NCBI RefSeq assembly: GCF_014252415.1
Contig: NZ_CP059223.1
Location: forward strand, 270,001-302,000
Direction of reading: 5' to 3'
DNA from: Candidatus Saccharimonadota bacterium
GTDB lineage: Bacteria > Bacteroidota > Bacteroidia > Flavobacteriales > Blattabacteriaceae
Length of the DNA: 32,000 bases
This document shows, in pieces, positions 1-8,923 of this stretch. The translations under genes and the position numbers were made by a program. Numbering within the stretch: the stretch's first letter is position 1; each line of letters begins with the position of its first letter. The notes under the pieces are model-generated. The model ran no database searches and was not told the origin of the DNA. It saw nothing but the letters and a program-made list of their open reading frames with translations.

Positions 1-483
1 ATATTCTTCTATTTGTTTTGGATAGATTTTAAAATTATTTTCTATTTGAGTTGGTATAATAATTGGTTTAGATTCACATAGTTTGATCATTTGCAAATAA
101 CTAACCCAATAGGGAGATGGAATTAATACTTCATCATTTTTATCTAATAAAGAAAATAAAACATTCATTATAGATTGTTTTGCCCCAGTAGATACTACTA
201 TTTGTGATGGATTGTATTTTATACGATTATCACGATAAAACTTTTTACATATTGTTTCTTTTAAATCATAATATCCAGAAACAGGAGTATAATAATGATG
301 TCCATCATCAATAGCTTTTTTAGCAGCATCTAATACAAATTTAGGAGGTAAAAAATCAGGCTCACCTATACTAAGATTAACAATATCATACCCCTTATTT
401 TTCAATTTTCTAGCTTGAGATGACATTGCTATAGTATGTGAATATGATATATTTTTTGAACGATAGGATAATCTATTTTCCAT
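1..483 (-). CDS. Class-I (aspartate-type) aminotransferase, N-terminal 161 codons; 3' end lies beyond the window
   Basis: Not in the ORF track because it runs off the edge. Hand translation of the minus strand from ATG (complement of 481..483) gives MENRLSYRSKNISYSHTIAMSSQARKLKNKGYDIVNLSIGEPDFLPPKFVLDAAKKAIDDGHHYYTPVSGYYDLKETICKK... The NLSIGEPDF and YTPxxG motifs are typical of AspC/AspB-type PLP aminotransferase N-termini. The frame stays open to base 1. Confidence 0.8.
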   Translation of the reverse strand, partial: MENRLSYRSKNISYSHTIAMSSQARKLKNKGYDIVNLSIGEPDFLPPKFVLDAAKKAIDDGHHYYTPVSGYYDLKETICKKFYRDNRIKYNPSQIVVSTGAKQSIMNVLFSLLDKNDEVLIPSPYWVSYLQMIKLCESKPIIIPTQIENNFKIYPKQIEEY

Positions 484-559
484 AGATATATAGTTTTTTG
501 AAATTGAATACAAATCTAAATAAATTATAAATTTATAATAAAATTTATAATTTATTTTT

Positions 560-1189
560 ATGGATTTGATTAAAAAATATTTTTCAGACCTATCACGTAT
601 ACAATACAACAAAATAAACAATATGAATCAATTGTATAAATATTGGAATGTATTCGTTAATTTAATTTCTAGAAAGACATTTATTAATAATTCTTTTTAT
701 CAAAATCATGTATTACTTTGTTTAAGTATAGCAAAAGTATTAAAATTTTTTCATGGATCTACAATAATGGATTTAGGAACAGGTGGTGGGTTTCCTGGAA
801 TACCTCTTTCTATCATATTTCCTAATTCTAAATTTTTATTAGTAGATTCTATTATGAAAAAAATAAAAATTGTGGAAAAAATAGTTACTCATCTTAATTT
901 AAATAACGTATATCCAATCTGTATTCGTGCAGAAAAATTAAATATGAAATTTGATTTTGTTGTTAATAGAGGTATTACAAATATTAACATGATAAATAAT
1001 TGGATAAAAAACAAATTTAGGATAAAATCTAATCATAAAATTCAAAATGGATCTTTATATTTAAAAGGAGGAGACGTAACTCATGAAATAAAAAACTTTC
1101 CTAATGCAATAATATATAATTTACATCAATATTTTGACGAACCATTTTTTAAAGAAAAAAAAATTATTTGGATTCCAAATATTTTATAA
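560..1189 (+). CDS. rsmG: 16S rRNA (guanine527-N7)-methyltransferase RsmG (GidB)
   Basis: 209-aa ORF with ATG start. SAM-binding motif DLGTGGGFPGIPLSI; length and layout typical of GidB/RsmG. Confidence 0.9.
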   Translation: MDLIKKYFSDLSRIQYNKINNMNQLYKYWNVFVNLISRKTFINNSFYQNHVLLCLSIAKVLKFFHGSTIMDLGTGGGFPGIPLSIIFPNSKFLLVDSIMKKIKIVEKIVTHLNLNNVYPICIRAEKLNMKFDFVVNRGITNINMINNWIKNKFRIKSNHKIQNGSLYLKGGDVTHEIKNFPNAIIYNLHQYFDEPFFKEKKIIWIPNIL

Positions 1190-1192
1190 AAA

Positions 1193-2158
1193 ATGAACCC
1201 TAGAAAAATTTTTATAGAAAAAATAAGAGAAAATGGTGGATGGGTAAATGCTCATACTCATTTAGATAGGGCTTATACATTAACTAATGATAATTTCAAA
1301 TATTCTTATTTTCCTCTTAAAAAAAAATGGTATTTAGTTGATGAAATGAAACGTTTAGCAACAGAAGATGATATTTATTTTCGAATGGAAAAGGCATTAG
1401 AATTTTTTTTAATACAAGGAACCCAAGCTATATGTACATTTATTGATGTAGATGAAATTATTGAAGATCGTGCATTAAAAGCTGCTAAAAAATTAAAAGA
1501 TAATTATGAAAATTATATAAAAATACGTTTTGCAAATCAGGTTCTTAAAGGAGTTTTAAATAAAAGATCAAAATATTGGTTTGATAAATCTATAGATTTT
1601 GTAGATATTATTGGAGGATTACCTGCGAAAGATTATGGTAACGAAGAAAAACATATTGATCTATTATTAAAAACAGCTAAAATTAATGGAAAATTTGTAC
1701 ATGTTCATGTAGATCAATTTAATACTTCTGAAGAAAAAGAAACAGAACAATTAGCAAAAAAAACTATTGAATATGGAATGCAAGGAAAAGTTGTAGCTAT
1801 TCATAGTGTATCTTTGGCTGCCCATAAAAAAAATTATCGATATAATATTTATCAATTAATGAAAAAAGCTAGACTAATGGTAATATCTTGTCCAATTGCA
1901 TGGATTGATCATATAAGAAATGAAAAATTTTCACCTAATCATAATTCTATAACTCCAGTAGACGAAATGATGCCAGAGGGTATTATTGTTGCTTTTGGTA
2001 CTGATAATATTTGTGATATATATAAACCATTTTCCGATGGAAATTTATGGATAGAATTAAGATTTTTATTGGAAGCTTGTCATTATTATGACATAGATCA
2101 ATTAGTAAAAATTGCAACAATAAATGGATTAAAAGTATTAGGGATATTAAATTCATAA
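1193..2158 (+). CDS. Amidohydrolase-superfamily metal-dependent hydrolase, cytosine-deaminase (CodA)-like; substrate unknown
   Basis: 321-aa ORF. HxH metal motif (NAHTHLD, H21/H23), HVHVDQ, AIHSVSL and GTDNICDIYKPF correspond by eye to the CodA metal and catalytic segments. About 100 aa shorter than E. coli CodA. Confidence 0.7.
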   Translation: MNPRKIFIEKIRENGGWVNAHTHLDRAYTLTNDNFKYSYFPLKKKWYLVDEMKRLATEDDIYFRMEKALEFFLIQGTQAICTFIDVDEIIEDRALKAAKKLKDNYENYIKIRFANQVLKGVLNKRSKYWFDKSIDFVDIIGGLPAKDYGNEEKHIDLLLKTAKINGKFVHVHVDQFNTSEEKETEQLAKKTIEYGMQGKVVAIHSVSLAAHKKNYRYNIYQLMKKARLMVISCPIAWIDHIRNEKFSPNHNSITPVDEMMPEGIIVAFGTDNICDIYKPFSDGNLWIELRFLLEACHYYDIDQLVKIATINGLKVLGILNS

Positions 2159-2160
2159 AA

Positions 2161-3663
2161 TTATGTTATTTTTTTTGGACGCATTTGGGGAAAAAATAAT
2201 ACTTCCTGAATAGATCTTTGTCCTGTTAATAACATAATTAATCGATCTATTCCAATCCCAATTCCTGCAGTTGGGGGCATACCAAATTCTAAAGAACGTA
2301 CAAAATCCTCATCTATTAAGGAATTATTTTCTAATTCTTTTTTATTTTTATATTCTATTTGTTTTTTTAATCGATCAAGTTGATCAATAGGATCGTTTAG
2401 TTCTGAATAAGCATTAGCAATTTCTTGTCCATTTATAATTAATTCAAATCGTTCTGATAGATGTTCATTTTCACGATGTTTTTTAGTTAGAGGACTCATT
2501 TCTAAAGGATAATCGGTAATAAAAGTAGGATTTACATAATTTTTTTTACATTTTTCATCAAAAATATGTTCAATAATTTTACATTTGTTCCATTTTTTTT
2601 CATAATTAATTTTTAAGGCAATACAAATTTTTATTAAATCTATTTTATTCATATTTTTAATATCAAATCCAGTATATTTTTTAATTGAATCTAAGATTGA
2701 TATTTTTGAAAATTGAAGAGAATTATATATTTTATTATTTTTATTTATAATTTTATAATCAAATTCTATAAATATAGATGTTATAAGTTTTTCCGTAAAA
2801 TTCATCATCCAATAATAATCTTTATAAGCAACATATAATTCTAATACAGTAAATTCTGGATTATGATATCTATCCATTCCTTCATTTCTAAAATTTTTAG
2901 AAAATTCGTAAACTCCATTAAATCCACCAACTATAAGCCTTTTTAAATAAAGTTCATTAGCTATACGTAAATATAATGGTATTCCCAGTGTATTATGATA
3001 AGTTATAAAAGGTCTTGCTATTGCTCCACCAGGAATTGGTTGTAATATAGGTGTATCTACCTCTAGATATCCTTTTTTATCTAAAAATTTTCTTATTTTT
3101 TTAATAATTTTAGTACGTTTAAAAAAAATATTTTTTACTTTATCATTGACTATTAAATCTACATATCGCATTCTATAACGTTGTTCTACATCAGAAAATT
3201 TATCATATATTTTTTTATCTCTACTAATTTTTACTTGGGGTAATGGACGTATAGATTTTGATAAAAGAGTTAATTTTCTAATATAAATAGTAATTTCATT
3301 CATTTTTGTTTTGAATAGAAATCCTTTTATTCCAATAATGTCTCCTATATCTAATAATTTTTTTATAAAAATATTATAAATATCTTCTTTTCTTATATTA
3401 TCTATATACAGATAATTTTTTTTTATATAAATTTGTATACGTCCTGTATTATCTTTTATTTCTCCAAATGATACTTTTCCTAAAATTCGTAAACTCATTA
3501 ATCTACCAGCAATACTTACTTTTTTTTTATCAACAAAATTTTTATGTATATTTTCAGCTGTATTGTTAATCAAATATTCTTTTGAAGGATAAGGGTTAAT
3601 ACCTAATGTTTTAATTTTATTTAACTTATTTCTTCGTATAATTTGTTGTTCTGATAAAGACAT
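2161..3663 (-). CDS. lysS: Lysyl-tRNA synthetase, class II
   Basis: ORF 2161..3792. The conserved LysRS N-terminus MSLSEQQIIRRNKLNKIKTLGINPYPS begins at internal Met44 (complement of 3661..3663), which I take as the start. Class II motifs FRNEG and GIGIDRL are present. Confidence 0.93.
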   Translation of the reverse strand: MSLSEQQIIRRNKLNKIKTLGINPYPSKEYLINNTAENIHKNFVDKKKVSIAGRLMSLRILGKVSFGEIKDNTGRIQIYIKKNYLYIDNIRKEDIYNIFIKKLLDIGDIIGIKGFLFKTKMNEITIYIRKLTLLSKSIRPLPQVKISRDKKIYDKFSDVEQRYRMRYVDLIVNDKVKNIFFKRTKIIKKIRKFLDKKGYLEVDTPILQPIPGGAIARPFITYHNTLGIPLYLRIANELYLKRLIVGGFNGVYEFSKNFRNEGMDRYHNPEFTVLELYVAYKDYYWMMNFTEKLITSIFIEFDYKIINKNNKIYNSLQFSKISILDSIKKYTGFDIKNMNKIDLIKICIALKINYEKKWNKCKIIEHIFDEKCKKNYVNPTFITDYPLEMSPLTKKHRENEHLSERFELIINGQEIANAYSELNDPIDQLDRLKKQIEYKNKKELENNSLIDEDFVRSLEFGMPPTAGIGIGIDRLIMLLTGQRSIQEVLFFPQMRPKKIT

Positions 3664-3723
3664 ATTATATTTATTTTTAATTATGAAATTAAAATTTTTT
3701 ATTAACGTTTTTATACCTTTTTT

Positions 3724-4442
3724 ATGAAAAAAAAAATAATCTTTTATAAAAATATGAAGATAAGAAAATATGAAGAAACGTCTTCTTTTCAAAAAGAATT
3801 ATTTGATAAATTACAAAAAAAAATATCCAATCCTAATATATGCGTTGTTGGATACTTATTATTCATAGAATATCATACCAATATTTTTACTATAGGTAAA
3901 AATGGAAATCAAAATAAACATTTATTAGTTCCATTAGATTTTTTAAAAAAAAAAATATAAATTTTTATAGAATCGATAGAGGTGGTGATATAACTTATCA
4001 TGGACCAGGACAATTAGTTATTTATCCCATTATAGATTTACATTATTTTTTTATGGATATACATAAATATATACGTTCTTTAGAAGAAGTTATAATTAAA
4101 TCATTATGGAATGGTTATAAAATAAATGGAATACGATTAAATGGAAAAACAGGAGTTTGGATATCAACAAATGAAAAAATTAAAATTTTTAAAAAAATAT
4201 GTTCTATAGGAATTAAAGTTAGTCGTTGGATTACTATGCATGGATTAGCTTTAAATATAAATACAAACTTAAAATATTTTGACTATATAATTCCATGTGG
4301 AATTAACAATATAAAAATGACTTCTTTAAGAAAAGAGTTAAAATATAATAAAATCAATAATAATAAACTTTTTTATGAAGTAAAAAAATTAGTAAAAAAA
4401 TCATTTCAAGAAATTTTTGATATTGATTATATTCATTTATAA
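3724..4442 (+). CDS. lipB: Octanoyl-(ACP):protein N-octanoyltransferase LipB, interrupted by a 1-nt frameshift in an A11 tract (3945..3955)
   Basis: ORFs 3724..3960 and 4053..4442 are two halves of one LipB. The first half carries LFIEYHTNIFTIGKNG. The second frame is open from 3918 and reads KKKNINFYRIDRGGDITYHGPGQLVIYPIIDL upstream of its first ATG, followed by KICSIGIKV and IPCG (catalytic Lys and Cys). One extra A would fuse the frames. Confidence 0.85.
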
Positions 4443-5767
4443 TATTTGTTTTCTTATTGGTTCAACAATTATTATTCCATCTTTAGAATCTATCTTTTTT
4501 AATACAACATCCTGAAAGGTATTCTCATATTTAATAGACATAGACGTATAATAAATTTTAGTTCGTATATAATTTTCTGTATATCCATATAAATATGAAT
4601 TATTTTTGTTATTCTTTTCAAATAAAACAGTTTTTTTTGTTTTTATTTGTCTATTACAAAAATAGTTATATTTTTTCTTAGAAAGAATTCTTAATATATA
4701 ACTTCTTTTTATTTTTATTTTTTTAGAAATTTTTTTATCTAAAAATATTGATTTTGTATTTGATCTACCAGAATAAGTAAATACATGAATTGATGATATA
4801 GATAACTTTTTTAAAAAAAAATAAGTTTCCAAAAAATTTTTATATGTTTCTCCAGGAAAACCAACAATAATGTCTGATCCTATATATGCATTGGGTATAT
4901 GATTTCTTATTTTATTTATTTTTTCTTCATATAATTCTTTTTGATATCTCCTTTGCATATATTTCAATATTTTATTACTACCAGACTGTAAAGGTATGTG
5001 AAAATGAGGAACAAAATATTTATTTTTAGATAAATATTCTATAATTTCATCTTTTAATAAATTTGGTTCTATTGAGGATAATCTAATCCTTTTTTTTTCT
5101 TTTCTTTTTTCTATATGATTATTTATAGCTTGTATGAGATCAAAAAAATTGAAATTTTTAATATTTTTATTATATTTATAATTATAATCTCCAATATTAA
5201 TTCCTGTTAATACTATTTCTTTGATCCCTTTATCGAAAATTAAATCAATATTTTTTAATATATTTTTTATATTATCAGATCGAGAGAATCCTCTTGCAAT
5301 TGGTATGGAACAATAACTACATTTATAATTACATCCATCTTGGATTTTTAAAAATGAACGAGTTCTATTTTCAAGAGAGAATGATGGAAAAAAATTAAAG
5401 TTTTTATATGTTTTTATTTTAAATTTTTTATAATGAATAAAATCAATAATATTAAATTTTTCTTTATTATTTAAAAAAATATCAATTCCATTTATTTTAG
5501 ATATTTTTTCATAATCATATTGCACATAACACCCCATAGCTATAATTTTGGATTTTGGGTTTTTTCGAATTGCACAACGAACTAAATATTTTAATTTGTT
5601 TTCTGCATTATTTGTAACAGAACAAGTATTAATTACATATATATCTGAATAATCTTTAAAATCAACATGTTCATAATCCAAAAAAGAAAATTTTCTTTTT
5701 ATAGTAGAGGTTTCTGCATAATTTAATTTACATCCTATAGTATAAAATGCTATTTTTTTTTTTTCAT
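4437..5767 (-). CDS. mtaB: tRNA t6A37 methylthiotransferase MtaB (MiaB-like radical SAM enzyme); its ATG is out of frame with the body across an A12 tract
   Basis: ORF 4437..5681 (TTG start in the track) has the radical-SAM motif CNYKCSYCSIP and NTCSVT. The same frame stays open upstream to 5768, encoding KKKIAFYTIGCKLNYAETSTIKRKFSF, the conserved MTTase N-terminus with the first cluster Cys. The only ATG (complement of 5765..5767) is followed by 12 A then TAG, one nucleotide out of frame. Confidence 0.85.
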
Positions 5768-5778
5768 TTTAAAAAAAT

Positions 5779-6417
5779 TTAAGAAGATAAATAATCTATA
5801 ATTCCTTCATGATTAGCTTTCATAGTTTTTTCTCCAATATTCCAATTTGCAGGACAAACTTCTCCTTTTTTTTCGAAAGTTTGTAAAGCATCTATCATAC
5901 GGATCGATTCTTTAACATTTCTACCTAAAGGTAAATCATTTATTAATATATGTCTTATAATACCTTTTTTATCTATTAAAAATAATCCTCTATAAGCGAC
6001 TAATTCACCCTTTCCTTCTATTTTTACGGAATTATTATTACAATCACAATTCCAAAATCCAGATAAAACACCATAATTATATGATATAGTTTTATTTATA
6101 TCTGAAACAATTGGGTAAGTTACTCCATGAATTCCTCCATTTTTTTTTGGCATTTGTAGCCATGTCCAATGAGAATATTCAGTATCAGTAGATACTGCAA
6201 CAATTTGTGTATTTCTTTTTTCAAAACTTGGTAAAATATTTTGAAATGCATATATTTCAGTAGGACATACAAAAGTAAAATCTTTAGGATAAAAAAATAA
6301 TATAACATATTTTTTTCCTTTATATTGTTGTATAGTAAAATCATTAACAATATCTTTTCCATTTAAAACAGCATTTGCTTTAAAATAAGGAGCTTCTTTT
6401 GAAATTAATGTTTTCAT
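5779..6417 (-). CDS. Typical 2-Cys peroxiredoxin (AhpC/Tsa family)
   Basis: 212-aa ORF with peroxidatic Cys motif FTFVCPTEI and resolving Cys motif GEVCPANW. Confidence 0.92.
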   Translation of the reverse strand: MKTLISKEAPYFKANAVLNGKDIVNDFTIQQYKGKKYVILFFYPKDFTFVCPTEIYAFQNILPSFEKRNTQIVAVSTDTEYSHWTWLQMPKKNGGIHGVTYPIVSDINKTISYNYGVLSGFWNCDCNNNSVKIEGKGELVAYRGLFLIDKKGIIRHILINDLPLGRNVKESIRMIDALQTFEKKGEVCPANWNIGEKTMKANHEGIIDYLSS

Positions 6418-6473
6418 ATTTAATTCAATTTTATTATTACGAATTTAATAAAAATTATTTAAGAAACACGTAA

Positions 6474-8234
6474 TCACACATATCTATGCAATTTTTTATT
6501 AACTTTATTTTTAAGGTTAGTTAAATAAATAATTCTATCTAATAATAATTTTTTATTTTTATTTTTTATATTATTATAACGTATAATTTCTTTTTTTATC
6601 AAAATTGATATATAAACGGATTTATATCTTAATAAGATTTCATATAAATATATTTCTAAATTTTTATCTGGTAAAAAAATATTTTTTCTAATTTTTATTT
6701 TAAAAATATGATTTTTTTCTTTGTTATAAATTTTTTCAAATATTTTTTGATTTTTTTCTGATAAAAAACGAATATTCCAACATTTAAAATAATACGATAT
6801 CATATCAAATATTGTTTTATTATTACTTTCTTTTACTTTTTTTTCTCCATATATTATCAATATTTGAATAAGTTCTTCTTCTACAGGAATCAATGTATTT
6901 TTTTTTAAAAAAAATGTATTTTTTATTGTCTTTTTATTACTTTTCAATTTTTCCAACTCAAAAAATAAAACTTTTTCACTTATTCGAAATATTCTTGATA
7001 ACTCTTGTATATACAATTCTTTTTGAATTTCATTATCTAATTTCGACAAACTATTTAATATATTAAAAATTAATAATGATTTTTTGATAAGATCATTATC
7101 ATTATGATATTTTTCGTAAACTTTTTGTTTAAAAGATATGAAATTATAACTATTCTCTTTTAAAAATATTTTCAAGTTATAAGGAGAATATTTTTTCGAT
7201 ATAGAATCTGGATCTTCTCCGTTAGATAAAAATAAAATTTTTAAATTAATATTTTGCTTTAATAAAATATTAATTATTTTCAATGATGCTTTTATACCAG
7301 AAATATCTCCATCATAAAAAATAGTAATATTTTTTGTAAACTGTTTAATCAATATAATTTGATTTACAGTTATAGATATACCAGAAGTAGAAACTACATT
7401 TTTTATACCAGATTGGTACAATGAAATTACATCAGTATATCCTTCCACCATATAACAGGTATCTTTTTTTAGGATATCTATTTTAGATTGAAATAATCCA
7501 TATAATATTTTACTTTTTTTGAAAATATCATTATTTGGTGAATTAATATACTTTACATTAAAATAATCCGAATTATTAGTATTTCTTCCCCCAAAACCTA
7601 CAACTTGTCCATTTAAATTATGAATTGGAAAAATTATTCTTTTTCTAAAATAATCAAAATATTTTGATTTTTTACAAAATACTAATCCTAATTTAATTAA
7701 ATCATTTAATCTAAAACCTTTTTTTAAAGAATTTTCCATAAAATTTTTCCATGAATTAATAGCATATCCTAATTCAAATTTATGTATTGTTTTCTTGTAA
7801 AATCCTCTATCATTTTGTAAATAACTTAAACCTTCTTGTATTCCTTCTTGATTAAAAAATAATTGATGAATAAAAAATGATTTAGCATAATTTTGAATAT
7901 AAAATAATTTATTATATTTATTTTTATAAAAAAAACTATTTTTTTCTTCTATTTTAATATCATATTTATTAGCTAAATAACGTAACGATTCTAAATATGT
8001 AAAATGCTCGTATTCCATTAAAAAATTAATAACATCTCCACCTTTTCCAGAACTAAAATCCTTCCATATTTTTTTTACAGGAGAAACAATAAAAGATGGA
8101 TTTTTTTCTTGTGAAAATGGACTAAGTCCTCTATAATTGACTCCACTTTTTTTAAGTGGAATCAATTCACCTATAACATCTTCTATACGAGAATTATATA
8201 ATATTTTTTCTTTAATATTTTTAGGAATTACCAT
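6474..8234 (-). CDS. dnaG: DNA primase DnaG
   Basis: 586-aa ORF. Its N-terminal region aligns with the primase zinc-ribbon segment (GLSPFSQEKNPSF...WKDFSSGKGG). TOPRIM motifs MVEGYTDV and YDGDISG are present. Confidence 0.9.
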   Translation of the reverse strand: MVIPKNIKEKILYNSRIEDVIGELIPLKKSGVNYRGLSPFSQEKNPSFIVSPVKKIWKDFSSGKGGDVINFLMEYEHFTYLESLRYLANKYDIKIEEKNSFFYKNKYNKLFYIQNYAKSFFIHQLFFNQEGIQEGLSYLQNDRGFYKKTIHKFELGYAINSWKNFMENSLKKGFRLNDLIKLGLVFCKKSKYFDYFRKRIIFPIHNLNGQVVGFGGRNTNNSDYFNVKYINSPNNDIFKKSKILYGLFQSKIDILKKDTCYMVEGYTDVISLYQSGIKNVVSTSGISITVNQIILIKQFTKNITIFYDGDISGIKASLKIINILLKQNINLKILFLSNGEDPDSISKKYSPYNLKIFLKENSYNFISFKQKVYEKYHNDNDLIKKSLLIFNILNSLSKLDNEIQKELYIQELSRIFRISEKVLFFELEKLKSNKKTIKNTFFLKKNTLIPVEEELIQILIIYGEKKVKESNNKTIFDMISYYFKCWNIRFLSEKNQKIFEKIYNKEKNHIFKIKIRKNIFLPDKNLEIYLYEILLRYKSVYISILIKKEIIRYNNIKNKNKKLLLDRIIYLTNLKNKVNKKLHRYV

Positions 8235-8261
8235 AATAAAATTAATTATTTAATTATTTTA

Positions 8262-8915
8262 TTAACAAATTTCTTTTAACTTTCGTATAATATTTTTAGG
8301 ATCAGAATTAGAAAAAATTGTTGATCCAGAAACTAAAATGTCAGCTCCACTTTTGAATAAAAAATAAGAATTTTTTAAATTAATTCCTCCATCTACTTCT
8401 ATAAGAGCAGTAGAATTTTTTTTTAAAATAAGATTTTTAATATCTTTTATTTTATCATATGTATGGTCAATAAACACTTGTCCACTAAATCCTGGGTTTA
8501 CGCTCATTAATAATACGAAATCAATATCATTAATAATATCCTGTAATAAAAAAATAGGAGTGTGAGGATTTATTGCAACCCCTACTTTTAGTCCATATTT
8601 TTTTATCAAAAAAATAGTTTTATTTAAATGAAAACATGCTTCATAATGAATATGAATATGATCAGCTCCACTTTCTTTAAATTTTTTTATATATAATTCA
8701 GGATTTAATATCATTAGATGAACATCTATAGGTTTTGATGTATATTTTTTTACATATTGAATAAATGAAAATCCAAAAGATATATTAGATACAAAAGATA
8801 AGTCCATAACATCTAAATGAAACCAATCTGCTTCACTTTCATTTAACATTTCTATATCACGGTACAAAAATGCTAAATTTGCTGATAGTAAAGATGGAGC
8901 TATAATTTTTTTCAT
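8262..8915 (-). CDS. rpe: Ribulose-phosphate 3-epimerase
   Basis: 217-aa ORF with motifs HLDVMD, MSVNPGFSGQ and EVDGGIN. Confidence 0.93.
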   Translation of the reverse strand: MKKIIAPSLLSANLAFLYRDIEMLNESEADWFHLDVMDLSFVSNISFGFSFIQYVKKYTSKPIDVHLMILNPELYIKKFKESGADHIHIHYEACFHLNKTIFLIKKYGLKVGVAINPHTPIFLLQDIINDIDFVLLMSVNPGFSGQVFIDHTYDKIKDIKNLILKKNSTALIEVDGGINLKNSYFLFKSGADILVSGSTIFSNSDPKNIIRKLKEIC

Positions 8916-8923
8916 AAAAAAGT

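Noticed and set aside
511-550. In the aspC-like/rsmG divergent spacer: a minus-strand TAGATTTG (511..518) matching the Bacteroidota -7 promoter consensus TAnnTTTG, a 14-bp palindrome TTATAAATTTATAA (525..538), and a 10-bp direct repeat AAATTTATAA (529..538 and 541..550).
   Set aside because: No -33 TTG sits at appropriate spacing. AT-only palindromes and repeats of this size are expected by chance at this composition. I cannot support a promoter or operator call without transcription start site data.
3664-3792. 43-codon 5' extension of lysS (MKRRRFFIFSYLHIF...) overlapping the lipB start.
   Set aside because: The conserved LysRS N-terminus starts at Met44. The extension is hydrophobic junk translated from the divergent promoter region and the lipB antisense strand.
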